64,000 nt of DNA from Zootoca vivipara (Eukaryota), in assembly GCF_963506605.1 (NCBI RefSeq), contig NC_083280.1, positions 23,746,001 to 23,810,000 on the forward strand, given 5' to 3'. This document shows positions 38,102-51,005 of the stretch, piece after piece. Numbering within the stretch: the stretch's first letter is position 1; the number at the start of each line of letters is the position of its first letter. Both the position numbers and the translations under genes were made by a program. Under the pieces are notes generated by a model. It was not told the DNA's origin, ran no database searches, and saw only the letters and a list, made by a program, of their open reading frames with translations.

Positions 38102-38788
38102 TATACAGGAACAGGCTCCACCAGCAGTCTGCAGCAGAGGCAAACGTGAATCAAGCACCATTTGAGTCAATGGAATTTGTTACACCTGCCTCCATCCCCA
38201 TTTGCTGAGAGAAGCAGATAATGAAATAAATAGTCAGCACTTTCTCTTTAGAAGTCATATTGAAGAAAGTGGATAGATTCTTCTAAAGGACCACTTCCAG
38301 GAATAATATAAGAACTGTAGGCTTCGTTTTTTGATACAATTTTTAATTTACGGTACCCTATTTATATATTGCTCTGCTTTCTGTACCCCCATTCCCTAGT
38401 AATTTTTTCATTGCTATTTTCATTGATTTTATTACATATAATCTGTTGTTTTTTTAACTTAAAAAGTCATTACTTTGAAGAGACTTTATTTTGGAGAGTA
38501 TTTGGAGGAGAGACCTGATAGCTGCTGTGGTTTAGTGATTTGTTGTTGTGTGCTTTGTTTATTTATTTATTTATTTGTTTGTTTGTTTGTTTTTAAGCCT
38601 CTTCTTTCCCCAGCAACCCCAGGTTTGGAGAGGTGTTGCCTCCCCAGCAGTTTTACAGAGCGTAGCCTCTTTTTTGTTGCATGAAGTTCCCCAGAAGCTA
38701 TGTGATGAACAAGTGGAATGCATTTGCCATGTATTATTGTGTATGTTTTAACTGTATTTTATGACAGCTCCTTGATTTTGTTATGGAG

Positions 38789-38825
<37 letters not shown>

Positions 38826-39699
38826 CTTTGGGGTGTTTCCTTTGAAAGGCATATGGTTTCATTGATACCTCCTGGGCATCCAACGTAATGAAAAAGTAAA
38901 ACCTATAGAAGAAATAAACAGCAATGATTTTTTTTAAAAAACCACCCTCAGCTGTTTTGGATGCTTCTAAATAAGATAAACAAAACCTGGAACATTTGGC
39001 TTATCCTTGAACTGGAGGGTTACAAAGCTTGAGCACTGAGGCTATCCAGGTTTGGAAGAATGCACTCTATCATCCTGCCAAGAAAAGGAAGGTAATTCAC
39101 AGAATGCAATTTTAAAGGATTAAAGAAGTTTCCTTTGAGAAGCTTCACAACCATCACAAAGCTTCACAGATATTACTGTATTGCTGTGGCAGCTACACTG
39201 TGCAGTGGCTACCTTTTTTGCTCTGCAAATGTACACGCCAAATTCACTAAAGCCAAATTTGTTGGTGGTATTACTAAATCCTTGTCAGACAACTATTCTC
39301 TCATCGTTTTCTCTCTGTTCTTGTTCCAGTGCTTCCAGTTCTAGGAGAAGTGGGAGGTCATTTTTTCAGTAAGTCTTCTTCCAAGTTGCCATTGGCCTTT
39401 AGAAGAAGTCAGACTCGTCGGTGGTTTGGATAAGGGCTGATGTCTCTTCGTAGAGGAAGCAGGCCCTGGAACAGCTTTTAGGTTGGGTTGGGAGAGGATT
39501 ATGATCTTCTCTATTACAGACAAAATGGAGCCAAGCTGAGTGACGTCTCTCTTCGGAGAAATCATTCAGATCATTGGCAAAATAAAATATTCCAAAGCTA
39601 CTGTGCATGTGTTCAGTTTTGCTAGGTTTCTCTTAATGTACATCTCCAAACCCAAGAGTTTTGTTCTTCCTCTATCCTCTCTATCCTCTCCTCTTGAGA

Positions 39700-39996
39700 G
39701 CCAGTGTGGTGTAGTGGTTAAGAGCGGTAGACTCGTAATCTGGGGAACTGGGTTCACTTCCCTGCTCCTCCACACACAGCTGCTGGGTGACCTTGGGCTA
39801 GTCACACTTCTCTGAAGTCTCTCAGCCTCACTCACCTCACAGAGTGTTTGTTGTGGGGGAGGAAGGGAAAGGAGATTGTTAGCCGATTTGAGACTCCTTA
39901 GGGTAGTGATAAAGCGGGATATCAAATCCAAACTCCTCCTCCTCTTCCTCTTCTTCTTCTTCTTCTTCTTCTTCTTCTTCTTCTTCTTCTTCTTCT
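39700..39996 (+). mobile_element. Squam3-like SINE with (TTC)n tail
   Basis: Near-identical to 22304-22620. Confidence 0.87.
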
Positions 39997-40418
39997 CTTT
40001 CTCATTTAATCCAATTTTCCCATACCAAAATCTCTGAAGCCTGTGCAGGGTCTATCCATGTTCTTGACATATGCACCACACAAAAAATTATACCTGGTCC
40101 CAAATAACAGTGAATCCTTTCAATACCAGAATTACAGGTGAGAACTTATGCTAGGAAGGATTCTCATAGCTGCATTTAATTACTAAATAAGAGGGCATTG
40201 ATCAATGTATCTTTCAGTGCAGTTTGCACTGCACATGTCACCATAATAATTTTTTTGGTGTGATGCTTGCCTTGTGGAAGGTTATTAAGACAATGTCCCC
40301 TTGGTCAAGGGTATACAAGCATATGGCAACCCAAGGATGAAGATAGACCTTGGACAGAAAATTCACATTCTCTTTCATCTAAAGCAAGGAAATAGCTAGT
40401 GTAAATGAAGCATTAGAT

Positions 40419-40554
40419 CAGGCATCCCCAAACTGCGGCCCTCCAAATGTTTTGGCCTACAACTCCCATGATCCCTAGCTAACAGGACCAGTGGTCGGGG
40501 AAGATGGGAATTGTAGTCCAAAACATCTGGAGGGCCGAAGTTTGGGGATGCCTG
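40419..40554. mobile_element. Palindromic hAT MITE (136 bp)
   Basis: TIRs CAGGCATCCCCAAACT / AGTTTGGGGATGCCTG. TSD CATTAGAT at 40411-40418 and 40555-40562. Confidence 0.92.
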
Positions 40555-41106
40555 CATTAGATGGCTAGATTCCACAATAAAATTTCAAGTGAAATATTTC
40601 ATTGTCAGCACTGAATTGCTCCAAAATTCTAGTTTGCCACATGCTCATCTAATAAATCAAAGTTGAAATGGTTGGCAAGCTTATTGGGTTTTTGTAATCT
40701 TGGCAAAGGCTGAGCTATGGCCAATTGCTTGCTAATAGAGCACATTCAATGCCTACAGCTTAGATAAAAGGTTCCAACCTCATCACTTTTAGCTTACCAA
40801 AATGTCAAACCACCACCATTTATGAAAAACAAGTATATAGCCTTTTTTTAAAAAAAAGAAAGCATCAACTTCATTATAGCTAAATAATATAGCACAGACA
40901 CCATTCCTCTTCCCACCCCACAATTAAAAGTTAGTTAAATACAGGTGAAAAGTTAGTTTTAAGTAGGGCTGCAACATTTAATTGAACACTCACTTAAGAT
41001 CATTGTCTTAAATCATTTTGATTGATGTATGTATCTGATAAATCTGATAAAAATATGTATCTGATAAATCAGAACTTCAAGCTGTTTATTTTTAAATACA
41101 TTTTTT

Positions 41107-41281
41107 CAGGGCTTTTTTCCCTGGGGGGACACAGGGGCACGCATACCCCTAAACATTTTGTGAATCTTTGTTCTTTTGACCATTTACTGTATTTATTTTT
41201 CCCGATTTGAACTATAAAATGGTGATTTTCTTGAGTCAAAATGAGAATACCCCAAACATTTTTTTTAGAAAAAAAGCACTG
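41107..41281. mobile_element. hAT-type MITE
   Basis: CAGGGCTTTTTT ... AAAAAAGCACTG ends. Imperfect 8-bp TSD catttttt/cattatta. Confidence 0.7.
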
Positions 41282-43065
41282 CATTATTATTATTATTATT
41301 ATTTTTTAAAGTGAATGGAAAATTATTTGGAAATTATTCCTCTTTATCTTCCAGAGGAAGGAACACTTCTCTCACGATGATCTCTTCTGCAACATCATGG
41401 TTTCATTTTCTTCAGAAATATAGGGTGGTATCCAACCAACAGTGCAGGAATTCTTGCTTGTGCAACAAAATTTTCTCCACTCTCTTCCTCCCTTGCCCCA
41501 CCTACATCTGTTCCAGGGGTTTGCCCAACCCTCCAGTGCAGGAACAATGAATACTAACACCTTACCCCAGCTGTCTACGGTCTGAAGTACAAAATGTTTT
41601 GGACTATGAATCCCATCATCCCTGACCACTAGCCACACTGACTGGGGCTGCTGAGAGTTGTAGTCCAAAACATCTGGAGGGCACCATGTTGGGAAAGGCT
41701 GCCTTACACAGAGGAGGCATAGGGAAAGAAACTAAAGCAACCATTAGAGTAGGCCAGTTATTCACAGCAGATGTCTGCCAGGAACAACAGGGCAAGGAGG
41801 AAACTTAAAAGGTGAGATATAAACAAACCTCATTTTTATTATATTTGGGTTCTCTGTTAAAACATCCTGGCTGTGCTTTCTTTCCTCTTACATTTAAATG
41901 GGGTAAACTATACCATGCTTTGGGTGCCATGGGTTTATAACCAAAACCCATGAAACTTGAAAACAGTTAGCAATGTTCCATGTATATATCATATGCCCAT
42001 ACGCTAGCGGTTCTTCTAGAGAAGAAAATGTATGAAAAAATATTACATCGGACTGTGAAAAAGAAGAAGGTGGCAGGAATCTAGTTTTGTGTTTGTGGAT
42101 CTTTCCTCCGATTCTGCATGGATTCTGGCATGACATTTTTTCCCACCACAGATATTATTCCTTGGAGGAAAAGCATCCATCAGAATTAACCCTAAGAATG
42201 CATACAAAAATAAATAAATTACTGCACTTCCATATCCATGCTGTGAGCAAAACAGAAGTACAATAGCATTGTGGTATATTGCTATCTTTCTTGTAAAGCA
42301 AGGCTCGCTCCCTTTTAAAACTTGATAATTTGTTGCATTTACACTATACAGTTTTACAGAGCTACCGGTAACATAAAGTTTTCAGAAAGCCAAAGAAATG
42401 CCCTTGGAAGGTCCCAAATGCCCAGACACAAGAGAACAGTAGAAGCAGCTCATTTATCAATCAACCCATCTGCCTTCCCTGGGAAAAAAAAAACCCACCT
42501 CTATAGAAGGTGATCTCCTGGCTCTCCTGGATTTAAAGTGTATTTCTGGCTAAGCATTTGGGATGGGCAGGCAAAACTAACTAACTAACAATTAACAAAT
42601 TAATCTGGCTGCTGAAGTGCTGGCAATGCTGCATTACTGGGGGACATGCATGGCCAATACACAGTATGAGAAAAAGCACCTGTATTCAGAATTTCCCTGT
42701 TGGCTGCCTGTTGTTTCACTTACCCAACCTTTTGGCCTATCCACTTATCCACTCCTTTCTACTAAAAGAGCACATCAAGCTTATACTGATGCAGCGTCTC
42801 CACGTGGCAACTCAATGCATCAACATGCCAGCTTCCTTGTGCATTGAAACCAGCTGGGATCCATAAAGAACTCAAGGACAATGGTTTGGCAACCCATCAG
42901 ATGAACCGAAGCAGCCAGGCAGCCGACAAATGCTACTGGACAAGGCTTCAGGCACAAAACAAAGACATTTTAAAAACCCTAAATTATGCTACTCCTCTTC
43001 GAGATTTTCGTGGCCAATGTAGCAAAGCAGAACTTTTCCAAAGTCAGTTGCTCCTTTAACTAAAA

Positions 43066-44002
43066 TGTAGTATTCCTTTTGCGTGGTCAGACGGAGTCCC
43101 CCAAAGCCCCCAGGCAGCCCCCGAGCGGAATGGTGACACAAGACCACGTTCTATGGGATTAAAATTGGCCACAACTTTATTAAGAATCCGGATGTAGGGA
43201 GACCTTGGCTCAGGCATTGGGCGTCTATCCTTCCCAGCCACCAGCCGGTGATCTGGGTAATTTCAGGGTTATCCAGCATGTGTGGGGGTTGGGCTAGCTC
43301 TGGAGAACATATGTTCAAGCAGATAGCCCTCCCCCCTTCGATCGCAGCCACTGGAGAGGGAGGGCAATGACAGACTATTGTGTATGGTCAATGCCTCCCC
43401 CTTAGCCCCATTTACAGGAACCCTGTTATCGCTGCCGCAATGGGGGCGGGGGGGGTCACTGCCCACGCCCCCTATTTATGTAGGTGACTAAAGGATTGCG
43501 CCCAAGGCCTGCATCCACCAAAGTTGTGACAAATTGCTACGGGAAAGGTGAAACCTGCCAATTCAGGGAAATTCCTTTCCGGGTCTTCAACAGCAGCCTT
43601 GTCATAGCAGCGCCTGCGTGCGTGTACGCCTGTGGAAGAAAATAACCTGTAATGCAATCATTAATTAATTTTTTATTTTGGGGCGTGGAGGGTGGGAAAG
43701 CTTCTGGAGCCGTCGACTGCTTCCCAGGAATGACTCTGCTTCAGCCGTGTTCAAGGTAAGGTTACCTCCTTCTACCTGGCTAATCCCACCGGCAACACCT
43801 CCCTGAGCTGGATTCGACAGGTAACTGAATGGGCGGAGATCACCAGTATCCAGCCCGGGAAGGCAGTGCTGGCCTCCAAACTTCCAGGGCTGCCCCAGGG
43901 ATCCCAGGGGGCTGCACACGACAGCGCAAATTGCGCCTCCCCTTTGATGTGGGGAACGGTCATTCTTTCGTGATCGGTGCAGCCAAAATAGGCCGTTCCA
44001 CA
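43066..44002 (-). mobile_element. GC-rich LTR-like element
   Basis: TG...CA ends and AATAAAGTTGTGGCC on the minus strand (43167-43181). Shares three blocks with 45790-46530. No clean TSD. Confidence 0.6.
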
Positions 44003-44197
44003 GTGGACATCTATTTTTGGTGTCTGTGACTGCAATCCTAAGCATGCTAACTCAAACGTAAGTCCCATTGATTTTTGTGGGATTTACTCCCAGGTAAACA
44101 GGGTTAGGATGGCAGCTTTATTCATATTACGTTGACCTTACAATTATGTTGGCTATAGAGGTCCCAATGGACAAAAGGTATGCTCCATTTTTCACTT

Positions 44198-44335
44198 CAT
44201 AGAATCATAGAGTTGGAAGAGACCACAAGGGCCATCCAGTCCAACCCCCTGCCAAGCAGGAAACGCCACCAAAGCATTCCTGACACATGGCCGTCAAGCC
44301 TCCACTTAAAGACCTCCAAAGAAGGAGACTCCACT
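44198..44335 (-). mobile_element. CR1 LINE 3' tail fragment
   Basis: CATAGAATCATAGAGTTGGAAG... is the reverse complement of the CR1 (ATTCTATG)n 3' terminus. Confidence 0.75.
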
Positions 44336-44753
44336 TCAATGGTGCTTCAGCTGATAACCATCTATGGCCAATGCAACCTCATTTAAAAAAAACACCTTTT
44401 TGATTTTTTGCAAAACTCATCAGTAAATATAACTACTTCATTTGAAATCATGCATCAAATAATGATATCATAACCGGCAACATTGTAATATTTCACAAAG
44501 CAGCATTTCCTACGCTCTGCACTCTCCCACATCCTCTTTGAAATTGGGAGAGACTTGACTATATTCCTCAATGGTTTGGGCATTTCGTTTTCATTAATGG
44601 GTGTCAGAGCACATGATTATTAGACAAAGCACAGAAAGACACTTCCAGTGGCTCATTCCAATTAAACTTGCAGTCAGAATTGATAAAGAGCCAATTCCTG
44701 TGTTAGCCAAAACAAGTTCAAGTTCCCCAAACAGCCCAATGAGAACTAAGCAG

Positions 44754-44843
44754 CATAGCTGCCAAGTTTTCCCTTTTCTCGCGAGGAAGCCTATTCAGCA
44801 TAATGGAAAATCCCTTTAAAAAAGGGATAACTTGGCAGCTATG
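44754..44843. mobile_element. 90-bp MITE
   Basis: TIR CATAGCTGCCAAGTT / AACTTGGCAGCTATG. TSD ctaagcag/ctaagcat. Inverted sister copy at 45433-45522. Confidence 0.8.
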
Positions 44844-44959
44844 CTAAGCATGCTCGTGGATGAAGAATGCTGAGTGACTGGAGGGGTGTGTGTGGAAAAC
44901 AACGCAGGAGAGGATGGAGTGGAGGAAATGGAATCCTGAATAGCAGCTCTCTAGTTTAT

Positions 44960-45129
44960 TCCCTGGGTTAAAATCCTAAAAAAAACCTCAACAACTTCAA
45001 CCCTAAAAGAAGCTCAACACCTTCAATCCTAAAAAGAGCTCAACAACTTTGGGATAAAATCATAAAAAGGTCAGCAACTTCAATCCTAAAAAAAAGGTCA
45101 CTCTTTGAAAAAAAGTTTGGACACCACTG
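44960..45129. mobile_element. hAT MITE fragment with ~26-bp tandem repeats
   Basis: Repeated CCTAAAAA..GCTCAACAACTTCAAT units. Ends AAAAGTTTGGACACCACTG, as in 62158-62666. Confidence 0.7.
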
Positions 45130-45432
45130 TCATATACAGTAGATCCATAACTTACATTTTGGGTAGCAATTTTAAAATGGAGACTGTATTTTGTCATTAT
45201 CCTGGCCAACTGGAACCCCTTCAAGGCAGCTAACAGGCTACAATATGATGGCACCAAAACAATACAGTTAACAAATTAAATGAAAAAACAAACAAACCAA
45301 ACTATGAAAATTAGAGCAGCATAAAAAGATCAGCAGCAAAGAAAAAAGTGGGGGTGGGTGGGTTTTTGCAGCAAAATGAAGGAAATGACTCATTCTGTAA
45401 AGTAAAGGCACATGGAAACATGATGGTCAATG

Positions 45433-45522
45433 CATAGCTGCCAAGTTATCCCTTTTTTTAAGGTATTTTCCCTTATGCTGAATAGGCTTCCTCGTGAGAA
45501 AAGGGAAAACTTGGCAGCTATG
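45433..45522. mobile_element. 90-bp MITE (inverted relative to 44754-44843)
   Basis: Same TIRs with reverse-complement interior. Flanked by TCAATG direct repeat. Confidence 0.8.
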
Positions 45523-45713
45523 TCAATGTTTCATGTCCTAACTTCAACAGAGGGCCAAGGATGCCTCTTGGATTAAGGAGTCCTATAACCATGAATGCTT
45601 AGTTCAGGAAAGGACTGTTGCTTATTTAGTGAGTGTCTGTATCCAGCTCTTACTTGAGAACAAGATATCACTCTGGAAATGTGAAATTTTTGAGAGTGGG
45701 GTATGTGACAAGA

Positions 45714-45767
45714 ACAATGGAGATATTTCTGACAATGGAGATATTTCTGACAATGGAGATATTTCTG
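45714..45767. repeat. Perfect 18-bp tandem repeat x3 (ACAATGGAGATATTTCTG)
   Basis: Direct reading. Confidence 0.95.
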
Positions 45768-45789
45768 CTTAAAACAGGGATGGGGAAGT

Positions 45790-46530
45790 TGTATGGCAAT
45801 GTCCGTCCCTCCCCGGGAGAATAAAGACACTCGACACATCTGATAGATTTAAACGGGCGAAAAGGCCACAACTTTATTGGTTACGGATGTTGAGCGGTAT
45901 TGGCTTAGGCATTGGACCCTAACTGTCTATGTCCGACTCCAACCCGTGTGTTGGACGTCCGGGAAGAGTTAACAACCAGTAAGGAGCCCAGTGATGTACA
46001 TTGACCGGAACTCCTCCTGTGATCACCCTTAGGGGCGGGCCTTATGGCCCTAACCCCCCAGGCTTCGAACCAGGCCACGCCCCCAGAATCCTTAACGGAA
46101 TACTCCTCCATTTGCAGGGTAGGTGATGGCTCTACCTACCCTCCTCAGCTCTAATGCAATTTCCAATGCCTAACTGCCAAAACCAATAGCTGTGACGAAT
46201 TCCTACGAGGTAGGCGAAAAAAACCCTTGGCTAGCCCAAGTGGAAAAAAGTCCTACCAGGCCCCCTGGCCAACCAAGGCGACCAACCGAAGTCCATAGCA
46301 AGGTCAAAGCTAGCCTAAACAGTGGGTGGGTGGGCGGGTGAACCGATGCAGCTGGTGAGCGGGGTGAAAGAGGGCGGGTTCCCGCCCTTCACCTGCTTAA
46401 AGGAAGCAGGATTGGTTGGCCCTCGAATGATGCGGGCGAGAACCCCCCAATCGCTCAGGGGCTGAGGTCTCAGCCCCTGCAGGCATGATCTGGTCGTGAC
46501 GCCCACAACTCCACCTCCGACGCAGGCACG
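45790..46530 (-). mobile_element. Solo LTR-like element (741 bp)
   Basis: TG...CG ends, TSD GAAGT at 45785-45789 and 46531-46535, minus-strand AATAAAGTTGTGGCC at 45864-45878. Confidence 0.7.
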
Positions 46531-49179
46531 GAAGTGGTTTTATGGCTCCGTAAATGTTGTTGGTCATCTCTGACCATTGGCCATGCTGGCTGGGACTGAT
46601 GGGAGTTGGAGCCAAACAATGTCTGAAGGAACACAAATTCATCCCCCCCCCTGACTTAAAATTTCACATGATAGCAGAACAGCAATCTCCATCCTCTCCA
46701 GGTAGTTTTGGGAAAGACCTCCATCTGACTCAGTATATGGTATCTTCCAATGTTCCCAAGGTCCTGCCTTTCATATACACTAGCCATACATCTGATACAA
46801 TGGGCCAAAGTTGGCAGAAGGATCTTGTTACTTACATTAAGCATTAGCAATTAATGTATCTTGACCATTTGGGGAACTTCATCTGGATTTACAAGACTTG
46901 CAGCTGTAATTTGCAAGCATGCTCCTACATGGTGACACAGGGTTAAGGAGGGAATAACTGGTTTGAGGATTACAGTCCAACTCATTGGTACATCTGAATG
47001 AAATAACAACTTAAATAGGGTTGGCATGCACACTGAAGCTGCGGTTAATGTGCTGCATAGCACTGCAATTGGTTTTATTTTTATTTTACTCTTTGGAAAT
47101 CTGTTTGCCTGCTTCTGTGAAATGATCTTTTACAGTGCAGTAGCTGAAAAAGAAATTTCCATGGATTTCAGAAGGGTGTTTGTACAACAGCAGTTGTATT
47201 TGTTCAAGCTATAAATGGAATAGCCTAAGTAAAAGCCAAGGGCTGCCTGGAGCATTTCATTTAATGCAGAGTCAATCAAACAAGAACCCCCCGAAAGGTT
47301 CGGCAAGTTGTTTTTTTACTTCTTATAAAAACATAAAACACAAGAAAATCCTTCGTTTTCTTCTCAAAGTTAATAACCACAGGGGCTTAAGTATAAAGAA
47401 ACTAATTTTAAAAATAGCCTTAAAGTATCTGCTGTTGTTTTTCTTCCGAAAGGTTCCCACACCAACCTTTAATGTTGTGCTGACTTGTTTGTCTGCTGAG
47501 ATACCTACTGTAAAGCTGACTTCTGATGTTCTACTGAGGTTGCTGTTTGTCTAGATCAGGGATGGGGAACCTGAGTGTTGGCCATACTGACACAACAGAC
47601 AGGAGACAGAATGGACTTGTATGTGGAAGTGGCACAGGCTGTGAATTAGACTGGTTCTAATTCCTAATTTTAGTCACATCTGCACCATACACTTAAAGAA
47701 CATGGCTTCTTCCAAAGAATCCCAGGAACTGTGGTTTGCTGAAGGTGCTTGGAACTGTGGCTCTGTGAGGAGCAAACAGCAGTTGCCAACATGATTTGAT
47801 GGAAACCTGACTGTTATAGTGATATAAATATGCTTCAAATGTATGGCATGGGTGTGCTATGAGATCCGGCACATACAAACATCAGTCACTAGAATGGGAA
47901 AATGTTCTTTATGGAAAACTGCTTGTGCCAGGTATGCATCTCATTCCTTGTGATTGATTTTCCTAGAACTGCACTTACGATATGTTACATGGCAGTCAGA
48001 GAGAGAGAGAGAGAGAGATCGCCCAATATTGCTTAATGCTAAAGCTTAATACAAGACATATGAGCTGCGTTGAGAAATACAGAGATCACATAAAGTAATT
48101 TATGATTAACAACAGATGGGTTTTTTAAACAGCTCTTTACAGTAAAAGTCTGAGCTTGATAGGGTTCCTTAAAGCTGACAAACAAACTTCAACAGATGTA
48201 TCATGCAAACAGCAAGAGACTTAGAACTTAGAAAGCTCAGACCTAGCAAAAGTGCTTTCTAATATTATTGTGAGACCAAGCTGTTCCCGGAAAATGCAGA
48301 CACCCCCACCACATGACACTCCCTGAAATGATCTTGTAAAACGGCTGTTCCAAGAAGCCCAAGAAATGCAAACAGCTAGAATATAAGAAGATTGCATGGT
48401 GTGTGTGTGTGTGTATGCGCACGTGCACACGTGTGCGCAAGAGCATCATCTTTTTCCTATAGAAAATCCACATTCCATTCAGGGCAACTTTGGGGGAGAG
48501 TTAAATGCTACTGGTGGGCATGCCAGTTGTCAAAAACATATTGCAGCTAGGTGAAAGGAGAAGAGTAGAGCTCTTCATTGGCATCACCCATCTCTCTTGA
48601 CCCCCTGGTCCCTATGTGAGTGGTACCAAGTGCAGATTAGGTAGTTTTGCACTAAAATGCAAGCAAAATCGGATCCAACCCCCCCCCCCCCGTTTATGAC
48701 ACACAATCAGCAAGGCAACCTTTAACATTAACAAGAAATGTATTTTGCACTCAGGTTGTGTTCTCGGGAACAAAACATACAGAGAAAACCCATTCTCAGA
48801 CAAATGGGGTTTCTCCCACCTGCTTGTAAGTCAGATCTAAGCAAAGGAAGAATAGTTTTAAGCTACAGCCAAGTTGTAGCACAGGAGCTTCTCTTTGAAG
48901 TGCCACCTGCTCCACATCCATCGTTCTTCTGTCTACCAACTACTGAAGCACAACTCTCCTTGTGACAAGAGGATGCTAACAGAAACCACCATAAATTGGT
49001 GGCACCCAACAGGCGTAACAACTCATCCCCCCACCCCTTGCTATTTTTCTCTTTTTATGTTCAGGGTTTGGCTGCATTATTTATTATATGCCTCATACAC
49101 AAATTTAAGGCTGTGGGATTTCCTTTTTCCACCCTTACTTTTTGGAGCATGCCCAATGATAAACAAATACTAGGATAAA

Positions 49180-49368
49180 ACAAAATTAAAAAATTCCTTC
49201 AGTAGCACCTTAAAGACCAACTAAGTTTTTATTTTGGTATGAGCTTTTGTGTGCATGCACACTTCTTTAGATACCTTCTTCAGATTCTTCAGATGCTATT
49301 GAAGGAATTTTTTTATTTTTTTATTTTTTATTTTGTTTCGACTCAGACCAACACAGCTACCTACCTGT
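49180..49368. mobile_element. Penelope-like element remnant with degenerate hammerhead motif
   Basis: 18-bp flanking direct repeat AACAAATACTAGGATAAA (49162-49179, 49369-49386). Minus strand GGTATCTAAAGAAGTGTGCATGCACACAAAAGCTCATACC. Confidence 0.75.
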
Positions 49369-50359
49369 AACAAATACTAGGATAAATTTGGTACTTGGTT
49401 TTAATGAAAAGGGGGGAAAGCCACCATGCTTTTCAAGGCAGAATAGTAACTATCAAATAACAATTGTATAACATATAAATGCAGAAATGTCAAACCATTT
49501 ACTAGATTAGATGCATTTTTTAAAACAAAAACAAAACAAAAACACAAACCAATTCAAGGCATAATCAAGACAGTATCTTGCAGGTTAACTATGTGAACAT
49601 AAGCCAAGAAATAATTATTATATACAGTTATGTGGGCAGAATAAAGCTGTTTATTTATGTGTTTCATCTATGACAGTGCTTTTTGTGTGTGTGGTAAACA
49701 ATGAATGGATGCCAATTGCAAATAAGTATTAGGAAAGCTTGGCAGTTTCAAAGCCATTAGCTTTGTTCACCAAAAATAAATAAATGAGCTAAATTGGATC
49801 ACTCTCTAGGAAAACCATCAGAACATTTTCCTATGCAAATTTTCCGATTCAAAAATTTTCAGGAACCTGATATCACTGATTATATGGAATATAAATAACA
49901 AAAGGCCGACTGGTCTGTCCTGACCACTTTGGCCACAGCTCCATTGGCATGCGGCCCCTGGAAGGTTCCTCGTGAAAAAACAGTGGTTCTTGTGTTGAAA
50001 AATGTTCCCCACCCCTGTTCCTGAATTCTTGTTCCAAATCAGGAAATAAACTCATACTGTATCTCTATTGTAGCACTTGAGCCAGAGATGGAAAAGCCAA
50101 AAAGCTCATGGGGAGGAGTCAGTCCTAAACAATGTCTGAGGGTAGGGCACTCACGCCTTGAAGAATACAGGGTTTTGCTGCTGGCCTCACCTCCCAACAT
50201 TTTGTGCTTCTTCTAAGGCTGTGTGTTGAGTATGGAAATCTGAAGAAGAACTCCTATGAGTGAGCAGCCTGAGCTACCACAGAAACATGATGTTGGGGTG
50301 AAGCCAGCAGCGAAATCCCATTTCTCCACCATGCAAAAGCCATGTATGATGTTACAGTT

Positions 50360-50527
50360 GGGGAAAGGCCATAGCTCAGAGCCCTGCATGCAAAAGGTGC
50401 TAGGTTCAACCACTGGCATCTTCAGGAATCGTTGGGCACAAGCCCAGTCTGAAATCCTGGACAGCTGCTGTCAATACTCAGCTAGACCAACCAAGGGTGT
50501 CACTCAGTACAAGGCATTCATGTTCGC
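50360..50527 (+). mobile_element. Squam2-like SINE, degenerate
   Basis: GGGAAAGGCCATAGCTCAG...GGTTCAACCACTGGCATCT head. Homologous to 7795-7972. Confidence 0.65.
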
Positions 50528-50557
50528 AACACATGAACACAGAAAACATATCAGGGG

Positions 50558-51005
50558 TGTCAGGGGTGTGGGCAGGAGTCAGGCTCTGGGGCCTGTAGTG
50601 CTTTGCAGGACTGGGGCCTGCCTCAGCTTGTGCTGGAGAAGCTAGGAGTGGCCACTCAGGTGAGGCCACTTGATAACTCACTGCACCTGGTGGCAAGAGC
50701 TGGGAGGGATAAAAGCTCAGCATTTCCCTTCAGCTCTTTGCCACAGCAACGCTATCCCTGCCTTGTTGCATCTGGCCTCCTGTTCCTTGATCCTTCGCCT
50801 TGCTTCTCGACCCTTGGACCTTCGCCTTGCCGACGCCTTGCTCCTTGACTCCAAGACCTCAGCCTCCACCTTGCTCCTTGACCCTGCGACTGCCTGCTGC
50901 TGGACCCTCAGCCCTGCATCTGTTCCTGCTTCTACACCACCATCTTGCCTCTGGCCCTGACGTCCTCAGCCAGGGCTTCAACCGCCCGCCGACCGGACCG
51001 TGACA
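50558..51005. mobile_element. Solo LTR (448 bp)
   Basis: TGTCA...TGACA ends. TSD AGGGG at 50553-50557 and 51006-51010. Same family as 30741-31108. Confidence 0.85.

Noticed and set aside
39280-39560. Minus-strand coiled-coil-like peptide LLLELEALEQEQRENDER
   Set aside because: It is short, bounded by stops, and has no consistent splice donor.
44960-45767. Short tandem arrays that might suggest CRISPR
   Set aside because: There are no unique spacers and no cas genes, and the context is vertebrate. These are MITE-internal and simple tandem repeats.
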